From contig JAEYOM010000123.1 in assembly GCA_023411715.1 (NCBI GenBank), positions 20,225 to 84,224 of the forward strand: a stretch of 64,000 bases of DNA. Direction: 5' to 3'. Below, in pieces: positions 56,698 through 64,000 of the stretch. Every line of letters begins with the position of its first letter. Position 1 is the stretch's first letter. A model generated the notes under the pieces. It was not told the DNA's origin and searched no databases. It was given only the letters and a program-made list of their open reading frames with translations. Made by a program: the position numbers and the translations under genes. Source of the DNA: Bacillota bacterium. GTDB taxonomy: Bacteria; Bacillota; Clostridia; Acetivibrionales; DTU013.

Positions 56698-58530
56698 CTA
56701 TATTTTAAACTTAATGTTTCGACCGAATATTTTCCACCATACGGTGTTTTCTATTAGCTTTCTTTGAAGTTGATAATCCAGGATCTTTTCTTCCATATCG
56801 TCGATCACTTTATCTTTCCTATCATTCTCTTCCTTCAACTTTGTATATTCAGCACTTAATCTGTCAGCATCCGCCATGATCATAGAATAATGGTTTTTCA
56901 GTTCTTTATAACTATTCTCCATCTCACCATATGTTATTTCTTTCCTTTCGTTATTCTCTTTCAGTTCCAGGTACTCTTTTCGGATATTCTTAGCATCTGT
57001 CTCGACCAGAGAATAACGTTCCTGTAACTCCTTATAACCATTCTCCAGTTCGCCATATGTTATCTCTTTACTGTCGTTATACTCTTTCAGTTCCAGGTAT
57101 TCTTTTCGGATATTTTTAGCATCTGTCTCGACTAAAGCATATTTCTTTTGTAATTCCTTGTAGTCGGATTCCAAGTTGGAATAACTTTTTTGGATGTGCT
57201 TGGTATAGTATTCAAGCGAAACGTACTGTTCCTTTAACTTAGAATAAGCTTCCTTCGATTCGTTATTTATATCAGAACAGACAAACCACATATTTTTTTC
57301 GTAATCTAAGATTTCCTGTTCTATCAATTGCATCAGCAACTGTTTTGATTTATCGTCCAGCAATGTGGCCTTTTCCGATAAGAAAACGCCTCTGGAAACC
57401 ATTTGAATCTGTTCATTACTGCAGATTCTTTTTTCTATCAAGTAGTCGTAAGCCGCTTCTTGCGTTACTATTATTTTTCTAAAAAAATTCGATTTAGTAA
57501 CCCTGCGCAATAGCTTGTCTGAATCAGGGTTGTTTAGCTTGAAGGTTCCTTCAGTACATAATTCGAAAATGAAAGGTATTTGATTCTGTTCGATCGATTC
57601 TATCAGGAGATTATTATCGAATGAGCAAAAATAGGCAAGTTTAGCCTGTATTGTTTCAGGAAGTCTGTATCCGTTCCAATTGGTTTTTTCATGTCCTATG
57701 CCCGGATTATATTCAAGATATTCAGTAAATCCGCTATTGTTAAAAGTACATATCTGGTAAGGAAAAGTATCATCAACAATTACAAGATCAACTGGATCCC
57801 ACGAATTTTTTAAACTAGAGTAGATCTGCACACCGGACCTAATTATTTTATCTTTATTTGACACATTTTCAGTATTATCTTTTGTTTTGTCAGCTATTAA
57901 TATAATTCCGTAATTATCTGTTTCAAAAACAGGTATATATTTTTCCTTAGCCTTTTTATAAACAATACTCACACTAGGCCAATCAATGTCATCGAAAATT
58001 ATAATACCACCATTTCGAACCAACGGAATGTAATTTATGGCATCCGACTCTACAAACGATGTATCATGATTTCCATCAATATGGAGCATGTCGATTTCAA
58101 TACCGTTTTTAATAAAAAAATCCACCGATCCCTCAGATGTATCTCTGATAAGATCAACTATATTATCAAACCCAAAACGGCCCTTCAAATAAGCAACTTC
58201 CTGATAAAGCCTTTCAAAATTCAGAGTAGATGTAGCTTCTTCAACATATTTTTTAACTGTATCAACCGCGTTTTTCTCATCAAGGCAGCTTGCTAGGTAT
58301 GGATCAATACCATATGCCTTTCCGCCGTTTTCCTTTATAGCAACTGAGACAGAATATAGACTCTTTCCCCTGTATACTCCGATTTCAACATAATTTTTAA
58401 ACTTGCATTCCTTAAAAATATATGCCATCAGAAAGCATTTATCGAGACTGCCTCCGCCTAATATATCAGCATATATGCTGTCATAAATACTTTTTACTTT
58501 ATTATAAAACTCCTGCATGGGTAGGCTCAA
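56698..58530 (-). CDS. class I SAM-dependent methyltransferase (Methyltransf_24-like) + uncharacterised middle domain + C-terminal coiled coil built from 42-aa repeats
   Basis: The N-terminus has ...YVEIGVYRGKSLYS..., ...LHIDGNHD... and ...GGIIIFDDIDW.... The C-terminus has KNIRKEYLELKE(Y/N)N(D/E)(S/R)KEITYGE(L/M)EN(G/S)YKEL... twice plus degenerate copies, with heptad-like spacing. Confidence 0.8.
   Translation of the reverse strand: MSLPMQEFYNKVKSIYDSIYADILGGGSLDKCFLMAYIFKECKFKNYVEIGVYRGKSLYSVSVAIKENGGKAYGIDPYLASCLDEKNAVDTVKKYVEEATSTLNFERLYQEVAYLKGRFGFDNIVDLIRDTSEGSVDFFIKNGIEIDMLHIDGNHDTSFVESDAINYIPLVRNGGIIIFDDIDWPSVSIVYKKAKEKYIPVFETDNYGIILIADKTKDNTENVSNKDKIIRSGVQIYSSLKNSWDPVDLVIVDDTFPYQICTFNNSGFTEYLEYNPGIGHEKTNWNGYRLPETIQAKLAYFCSFDNNLLIESIEQNQIPFIFELCTEGTFKLNNPDSDKLLRRVTKSNFFRKIIVTQEAAYDYLIEKRICSNEQIQMVSRGVFLSEKATLLDDKSKQLLMQLIEQEILDYEKNMWFVCSDINNESKEAYSKLKEQYVSLEYYTKHIQKSYSNLESDYKELQKKYALVETDAKNIRKEYLELKEYNDSKEITYGELENGYKELQERYSLVETDAKNIRKEYLELKENNERKEITYGEMENSYKELKNHYSMIMADADRLSAEYTKLKEENDRKDKVIDDMEEKILDYQLQRKLIENTVWWKIFGRNIKFKI
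56914..57165 (-). repeat. 2 x 126-bp tandem coding repeat (plus degenerate flanking copies)
   Basis: 56914-57039 and 57040-57165 align by eye with few substitutions. 126 nt corresponds to 42 aa. Confidence 0.85.
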
Positions 58531-58541
58531 AGTATTCCTCC

Positions 58542-59666
58542 TTAAATTAACTTACTTTTCAGATTGCGGATTATATCACAGATCACACTAATATTTTCAT
58601 CTTCAAGTCCGGCATACATCGGGAGTGCAAGCACCCTGCCCGCAACATAACGAGATATCGGAAGCTCATATTGCTTGAACCTGTCTCGATAGCATTCCAA
58701 GTCTGATGTTAATGGGTAAAAATATTTTCGTGTAAAGATATTATGCTTTTTTAGCGCATCGAAAAGATCATCTCTAGTGTAACCAGTAATTTTTTCATTT
58801 ATAACGACGGGAAAGTAGGAATAGTTATGTAAAACATTTGCGTCGCTGTTTATATTCAGTGTTTTTACTCCATTACAATCGGCTAAATAACTTTCATACA
58901 TTTCTGCAACATGTTTTCTGATCTGAACATTTTCATCGATATGGTGAAGATTGCAAATCCCCATGGCTGCCTGAAATTCATTCATTTTCGCATTCAAACC
59001 GACACTTACTACACTTTCTGGTCCTTCAATACCGAAATTCCGTAAATTTTTTAAATTCCTTTCGAGGCCTTTATCCGCGAATACCAGGGCACCGCCTTCT
59101 ATCGTGTTGAATACTTTAGTTGCGTGGAATGAGAACATTGAAATGTCTCCATAGTTTGCTATTGATTTCCCATTCACCTTAACTCCAAACGCATGCGCTG
59201 CATCATATATTAATTTCAAATTGTACTTCTTGGCAATTTTATCCAGCGTTTCCAAATTGCATGGCTGTCCATAAACGTGCACTGGTAGGATTGCGCAAGT
59301 CTTTTCGGTTATTAGCGCTTCCAACTTACTTTCATCTATAGTATAGTCACTATATTTAATATCACAGAAAACAGGCGTCAAACCATTCATAACTATAGAA
59401 TGAGTCGTTGAAACAAACGTGAAAGGTGTTGTTATAACCTCGCCTTTCAACTCAAGTGCTTTCAATGCTATATCCAGAGCCATGTGCCCATTAACGTAAA
59501 GCTGCAGGTTCTCACAATCAAAATAATTTTTTAGAGCTTCCTCCAGTTCGATATAGAGCGGGCCGTTATTAGTCATCCATCCGCTTTCCCATATTGTTTT
59601 TATTTTTTCAATATACTCTTCAAAGGGCGGAACTGATGAACGAGTCACCAATATATTTTTATTCAT
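58542..59666 (-). CDS. DegT/DnrJ/EryC1/StrS-family sugar aminotransferase
   Basis: ...LYVNGHMALDIALKAL..., ...DAAHAFG... and ...SFHATKVFNTIEGG... (PLP-Lys). 374 aa. Confidence 0.9.
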   Translation of the reverse strand: MNKNILVTRSSVPPFEEYIEKIKTIWESGWMTNNGPLYIELEEALKNYFDCENLQLYVNGHMALDIALKALELKGEVITTPFTFVSTTHSIVMNGLTPVFCDIKYSDYTIDESKLEALITEKTCAILPVHVYGQPCNLETLDKIAKKYNLKLIYDAAHAFGVKVNGKSIANYGDISMFSFHATKVFNTIEGGALVFADKGLERNLKNLRNFGIEGPESVVSVGLNAKMNEFQAAMGICNLHHIDENVQIRKHVAEMYESYLADCNGVKTLNINSDANVLHNYSYFPVVINEKITGYTRDDLFDALKKHNIFTRKYFYPLTSDLECYRDRFKQYELPISRYVAGRVLALPMYAGLEDENISVICDIIRNLKSKLI

Positions 59667-59693
59667 AGCTTACTCTCCCAATTAAATTTTTGA

Positions 59694-60416
59694 TCAGTAG
59701 AATGACTGGTACTGTTCACATACCTCATCTGCATCCCCAATCATCTTAAGCCTGCCATTTTCAAGCCATATAACACGATCACACAACTCCCTTATCTGTT
59801 CCAGGCTATGAGAAACAAATAAAACTGTGGTTCCGCCACTCATAAGCTCAACCATTCTTTCCTTGCTCTTTTTTTGGAATGCTTCATCTCCTATGGACAG
59901 GATCTCATCTACGATAAGTATTTCCGGTTCCACCACGGTCGCAATAGAAAATGCAAGGCGCATCATCATTCCAGAAGAATAGTTGCGAATGGGCACGTCA
60001 ATGAACTTTTCCAGTTCTGAAAACTCAACTATCTCGTCATATTTATCACGTAAAAACTTTTCCGAAAAACCTAAAATGGCTCCATTAAGAAAAATATTTT
60101 CTCTGCCGGACAAATCGGAATCAAACCCGGAACCCAACTCTAACATTGGCACAATATTACCTTCTACCCTGACTTGTCCTATTGTAGGTTTCAAAATTCC
60201 GGATATCACTTTCAAAAGGGTGCTTTTTCCTGCACCGTTACGTCCGATTATACCCATTACTTCACCTTTTCGCACTTCGAAACTGATGCCTTTTAAAGCC
60301 CAGAATTCTTCATAGGCCAATTTACTTTTAAGTAAGGCAACAGTATATTCTTTAAGGCTTTGTATGCGGTCATGAGATATCATATATCTAACGGAAACAT
60401 CTTCAACTACTATCAT
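59694..60416 (-). CDS. polysaccharide/teichoic-acid export ABC transporter ATP-binding protein (Wzt/TagH-like, no C-terminal carbohydrate-binding domain)
   Basis: Walker A is GRNGAGKST, the signature is YSSGMMMRLAF, and Walker B is ILIVDE. Only 240 aa. Confidence 0.9.
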   Translation of the reverse strand: MIVVEDVSVRYMISHDRIQSLKEYTVALLKSKLAYEEFWALKGISFEVRKGEVMGIIGRNGAGKSTLLKVISGILKPTIGQVRVEGNIVPMLELGSGFDSDLSGRENIFLNGAILGFSEKFLRDKYDEIVEFSELEKFIDVPIRNYSSGMMMRLAFSIATVVEPEILIVDEILSIGDEAFQKKSKERMVELMSGGTTVLFVSHSLEQIRELCDRVIWLENGRLKMIGDADEVCEQYQSFY

Positions 60417-60429
60417 AAATGCTCCTGTC

Positions 60430-61875
60430 CTATATTTTTAATATAAACTTATCCTGCGATTTTTTAAAAATCAATATCCCAGCTATCAGCGGTATAAACG
60501 CAGCTATTATGCAAAACAGATAAGCTTGGGGTTCGGGTGAAACTCCATCAAGCATAATAGTCCTGGTAAACCTGATAAAATGATAAAGCGGGTTCATTTT
60601 AAACAATGGTAACAGTTGCTGTGGCAGAATACTCTCAGGGTAAAAAATCGGTGTCGCATACATCCATAATACACTAATCACATTCCAAAGGAATTGTGTA
60701 TCCCTAAAATATACCATCGCCGCCGATAAAATGAAACTCAGTCCTATGCATAACACAACAGTACAAATAATGCTGAATGGTAAAAGCAAAAGTGCCGGTC
60801 TTATAGGTGCATGCGTTACTAATGCTGCAATAAATAACGGAATCATCGATATTAGGAAATTAATTACAGATGATAAAACTCTTGAAACAGGGAAAATATA
60901 TTTTGGAATATATACTTTCGTGATCAACGATGTATTGCCGATAATCGACATTAATCCCATACTTGTCGCCTCAGAGAAAAAGCTGAAAAACACTATTCCA
61001 ATTAACAAGTAAACCACGAAATTAGGTATATGGTTATTGAACAGTGTAGAAAAAATAATATATTGGACTAACATTGTCAGAAGGGGATTGAGAAAACTCC
61101 ACAGCACTCCCAGTACGGAACGTTTATACTTAGTTTTAAAATCTCTGGCGACCAGTTGCTTTAATAAGAAGCTGTAACGGGTAAAGTTCATTATTACTGT
61201 CAGGGTCAAGCTCCTTCTATTTTTTTTCTGTTTATTGATAAGTACCATGGAGTAAATGGCAAACAGTATTCCTAAGATACTCATTATTACCCAGTAATAA
61301 CGTCCAAAACCGATATTATTGCGCCCATAATAACTTACGCATAAAGTACCTTTCTGCTTTTGACCGTTTATATTTAATACTCCACCGCCCGAAAAAACAC
61401 TTTTCTGATCATACCATACAGAAATTGTATTGCCTGGCGTACCGGCAGGGACATTCAGAACCAACCCTATTTCTTTTCCTTTTACCGATTTGATCGGGGA
61501 GTTAAGTGCAATGCTGCTGTATGCATTGTCCGAAAGCTCGGAAAATGATACATTTTTCTGTCCCAGGAGTTTTCCGCTCAATATATCTACCAGCTTTAGT
61601 TCCAGTGTACCTTGCTCATGTATCCCGCCAGTCGAAGATAAAATAGATATGGCTTCTATTTCATCCGTCGCCGGAATAAATGTCTGCGTAACTACGATAT
61701 CCTTCGTCATTTCTCCGATAGGAATGGTCGACGAATCAGTCCCCTTATATTCGATCAAGGCTGAATGTTTTAGCGCTTCTCCGCCTATAAAATAAAAACA
61801 GACTACGACAATTATATAAATGAATAAAGAAACAATACATCCCTGTTTTAAAGTCAGTCGCTTATTAATCTTCAT
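60430..61875 (-). CDS. ABC-2 type polysaccharide export permease (Wzm/TagG-like) with an N-terminal TM-domain-TM extension of about 215 aa
   Basis: The C-terminal half has ...LLKQLVARDFKTKYKRSVLGVLWSFLNPLL... (ABC-2 entry motif) plus 6 TM helices. The N-terminal half has one TM helix, about 170 aa of beta-rich sequence, then a second TM helix. Confidence 0.85.
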   Translation of the reverse strand: MKINKRLTLKQGCIVSLFIYIIVVVCFYFIGGEALKHSALIEYKGTDSSTIPIGEMTKDIVVTQTFIPATDEIEAISILSSTGGIHEQGTLELKLVDILSGKLLGQKNVSFSELSDNAYSSIALNSPIKSVKGKEIGLVLNVPAGTPGNTISVWYDQKSVFSGGGVLNINGQKQKGTLCVSYYGRNNIGFGRYYWVIMSILGILFAIYSMVLINKQKKNRRSLTLTVIMNFTRYSFLLKQLVARDFKTKYKRSVLGVLWSFLNPLLTMLVQYIIFSTLFNNHIPNFVVYLLIGIVFFSFFSEATSMGLMSIIGNTSLITKVYIPKYIFPVSRVLSSVINFLISMIPLFIAALVTHAPIRPALLLLPFSIICTVVLCIGLSFILSAAMVYFRDTQFLWNVISVLWMYATPIFYPESILPQQLLPLFKMNPLYHFIRFTRTIMLDGVSPEPQAYLFCIIAAFIPLIAGILIFKKSQDKFILKI

Positions 61876-61890
61876 CTATTTTATTAACCC

Positions 61891-62736
61891 TCATATTTCA
61901 ATCTCTTTCAAATACCTTTTCACTGCATCCTGCCAATCTGGCAAACGCTTGAATCCCGCTTCATCCAAGCTTGCTTTGCTCATTCTTGAATTCATGGGGC
62001 GTATAGCTCTGGCTGGATATTCAGCAGTCAGTATGGAATTTACCCTTGTCTCGTACCCAGCTACCTTGAATATTTCCGTTGCCAATTCGGTCCAGGAACA
62101 AAAGCCCTCATTTGTGGCATGGTATGTTCCATATTTTTCTGTAATAACCATGTCGCAAAGCAGTGGAGCAAGATCCGCAGTATACGTCGGTGAGCCGATC
62201 TGGTCGCATACTACACTGACTTCCTTTCTCTCTTTACCCAACCGTAACATAGTTTTAATGAAATTATTTCCGTTCTTACCGAATACCCACGAAATCCGAA
62301 CAATAAAATATCTGGTCAAAAGCTCCCGGACAGCAAGCTCTCCTTTAAGCTTCGTCTGGCCGTATACACTTATCGGCCCTGTTGAGTCGTTCACCTCATA
62401 TTCTCGGTTGCCTAAACCTGGGAACACGTAATCTGTACTTATGTAGACCATTTTGGCATTTATTTCATTGCAGACAGCAGCTATATTTCTTGGTCCCTGA
62501 GCATTAACAGCCTCACATAATTCAACATTATCTTCAGCTTTATCCACTGCCGTATAGGCCGAGCAATGGATCACCACATCCGGGTAATAATTCTTTATAA
62601 ATATAGATGTTGCTACCAAATCCGTTATATCAAAATCTTCTATATCGGAACCACGGCATTCTATGCCGCGTGACTGCAACGATTTTAACACATCATAACC
62701 TAGCTGACCCTTAACACCGGTAACCAATACTTTCAT
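61891..62736 (-). CDS. rfbD: dTDP-4-dehydrorhamnose reductase
   Basis: MKVLVTGVKGQLG..., ...STDYVF... and ...YGQTKLKGE.... 281 aa, adjacent to rfbB and rfbC. Confidence 0.93.
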   Translation of the reverse strand: MKVLVTGVKGQLGYDVLKSLQSRGIECRGSDIEDFDITDLVATSIFIKNYYPDVVIHCSAYTAVDKAEDNVELCEAVNAQGPRNIAAVCNEINAKMVYISTDYVFPGLGNREYEVNDSTGPISVYGQTKLKGELAVRELLTRYFIVRISWVFGKNGNNFIKTMLRLGKERKEVSVVCDQIGSPTYTADLAPLLCDMVITEKYGTYHATNEGFCSWTELATEIFKVAGYETRVNSILTAEYPARAIRPMNSRMSKASLDEAGFKRLPDWQDAVKRYLKEIEI

Positions 62737-62780
62737 TTATAATAAACCCCTTTATTCCTGCCTTGATAAAAAGCCTTCGA

Positions 62781-63815
62781 TCATGCAATATACGCCGAAC
62801 GGTTCCCATAAATTCTGTCATAATATTGCTGATACTCGCCGTTAATAATGTGTTCCCACCATGTTTTGTTTTCAAGATACCATTTTATCGTCTTTCTGAT
62901 ACCCTCGTCAAATTTAGTTTGTGGTAACCAGCCGAGCTCTCTGTGTATTTTAGACGGATCAATCGCATAACGCATATCATGCCCAGGTCGGTCGGAAACG
63001 AAATTGATCAGGCTCTCCGGCTTACCGAGCTCACGAAGGATGGTCCTAACCACCTCAAGGTTCGTACGTTCATTATGTCCTCCGATATTGTATACCTCAC
63101 CCTCGCAACCCTTATGTATTATCAGGTCAATTGCGGAACAATGGTCTTCTACATAAAGCCAATCCCGGACATTTTCGCCTTTTCCGTAAACAGGCAGAGG
63201 CTTATCATTTAAGGCATTTGCAATCATAAGCGGTATTAATTTCTCAGGAAAATGATACGGCCCATAATTATTGGAGCAGCGTGAAATAGTAATTGGCAGT
63301 TTAAATGTCCGATAATATGCCAGAGCAAGCAAATCTGCAGAAGCTTTTGAAGAAGAATATGGACTTGAAGTATGAAGCGGCGTTTCCTCCGTAAAAAACA
63401 GATCAGGTCTGTCAAGCGGGAGATCACCGTATACCTCGTCGGTAGATACCTGATGAAATCGCTGTATTCCGTATTTTCTGCAAGCATCAAGCAAGACACC
63501 GGTACCAACTATATTAGTCTGCAGGAAAAGTCCCGGATTTTCTATAGATCGGTCCACATGTGATTCGGCGGCAAAGTTTACAATGATATCAGGTCGCTCA
63601 TTTTCAATCAGATCGTAAACTGTATCTCTAACCGAAATATCCCCTTTCACGAATAAGAAATCAGGGTTATCCATAATGTCTTCCAGGGTTTCCATATTGC
63701 CTGCGTAGGTTAACGCATCCAAGCAAATAATTTTATATCCATCATGTTTTTTTAGCATATAATGTACGAAGTTGCCACCGATAAAACCAGCGCCGCCTGT
63801 CACCAATATCTTCAT
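62781..63815 (-). CDS. rfbB: dTDP-glucose 4,6-dehydratase
   Basis: MKILVTGGAGFIGGNF..., ...QVSTDEVYG... and ...SPYSSSKASADLL.... 344 aa. Confidence 0.95.
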   Translation of the reverse strand: MKILVTGGAGFIGGNFVHYMLKKHDGYKIICLDALTYAGNMETLEDIMDNPDFLFVKGDISVRDTVYDLIENERPDIIVNFAAESHVDRSIENPGLFLQTNIVGTGVLLDACRKYGIQRFHQVSTDEVYGDLPLDRPDLFFTEETPLHTSSPYSSSKASADLLALAYYRTFKLPITISRCSNNYGPYHFPEKLIPLMIANALNDKPLPVYGKGENVRDWLYVEDHCSAIDLIIHKGCEGEVYNIGGHNERTNLEVVRTILRELGKPESLINFVSDRPGHDMRYAIDPSKIHRELGWLPQTKFDEGIRKTIKWYLENKTWWEHIINGEYQQYYDRIYGNRSAYIA

Positions 63816-64000
63816 TTCGATCCTCCATAAATAAAATCGACATCACTTTCGCCTAATTTCGGCGCCTTCTGGTCCTTAACAGAAAGTATTGGGTTATCTA
63901 TACCCCAGCTTATGCCTATCTCAGGATCGTTCCAGATTATGCTTCTCTCCGCCTCGGGTATATACGGATTATCTGTCTTATATAAAAATTCCACATTGTC
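63812..64000 (-). CDS. rfbC: dTDP-4-dehydrorhamnose 3,5-epimerase, C-terminal part (5' end beyond the window)
   Basis: ...FLYKTDNPYIPEAERSIIWNDPEIGISW...LSVKDQKAPKL... matches the RmlC C-terminus. 4-nt overlap with rfbB. Confidence 0.85.
   Translation of the reverse strand, partial: DNVEFLYKTDNPYIPEAERSIIWNDPEIGISWGIDNPILSVKDQKAPKLGESDVDFIYGGSK

Overview
This window looks like chromosome from a Gram-positive, spore-forming Firmicute (Clostridia-like). That call rests on ytvI, YaaH-like and YjcZ-like genes, GGAGG ribosome-binding sites and GAAC-N4-GTTT SOS boxes. All calls come from reading the ORF translations and the DNA by eye; no search or computation was run.

The left 41 kb is mostly moderate-GC housekeeping DNA:
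- DNA repair and topology: a Clp/Hsp100 ATPase fragment, uvrA, uvrB, and a second type IIA topoisomerase pair.
- Metabolism and regulation: a MocR-type regulator with an aminotransferase, aspartate kinase, an [FeFe]-hydrogenase-like protein and an acyl-CoA ligase.
- Envelope and transport: a ThrE-type exporter pair, ytvI, a PadR/DUF1700/DUF4097 envelope module, a LysM-GH18 protein and an S41 peptidase.
- rRNA modification: RsuA-like and RsmF-like enzymes.

This backbone is interrupted by visibly AT-rich insertions. One is an orphan Fic-domain gene sitting between uvrB and uvrA. Another is a 3.5-kb islet carrying a transglutaminase-like gene and a methyltransferase gene. There are also decay products: a yyaL-like thioredoxin-domain gene broken by a 21-nt in-frame insert with two stop codons, and a GH51 arabinofuranosidase relic.

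The right 23 kb (about 41.3-64 kb) is an AT-rich cell-surface glycan locus of the ABC-transporter-dependent type. It encodes rfbBCD, a DegT aminotransferase with a NeuD/VioB-like acetyltransferase, three GT2 enzymes, a polyprenyl-phosphate sugar transferase, Wzm/Wzt-like transporter genes, and a methyltransferase with a repeat-built coiled-coil tail.

The most interesting content is embedded in that locus. It is a C-P (phosphonate) module: a cytidylyltransferase-PEP mutase fusion, phosphonopyruvate decarboxylase, an Fe-alcohol dehydrogenase in place of a transaminase, and a second nucleotidyltransferase. Next to it sit a YidC/Oxa1-insertase::TagF-type phosphotransferase fusion, an LtaS/sulfatase-like membrane protein and two unknown proteins.

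I saw no rRNA gene, tRNA gene, CRISPR array or intact mobile element.
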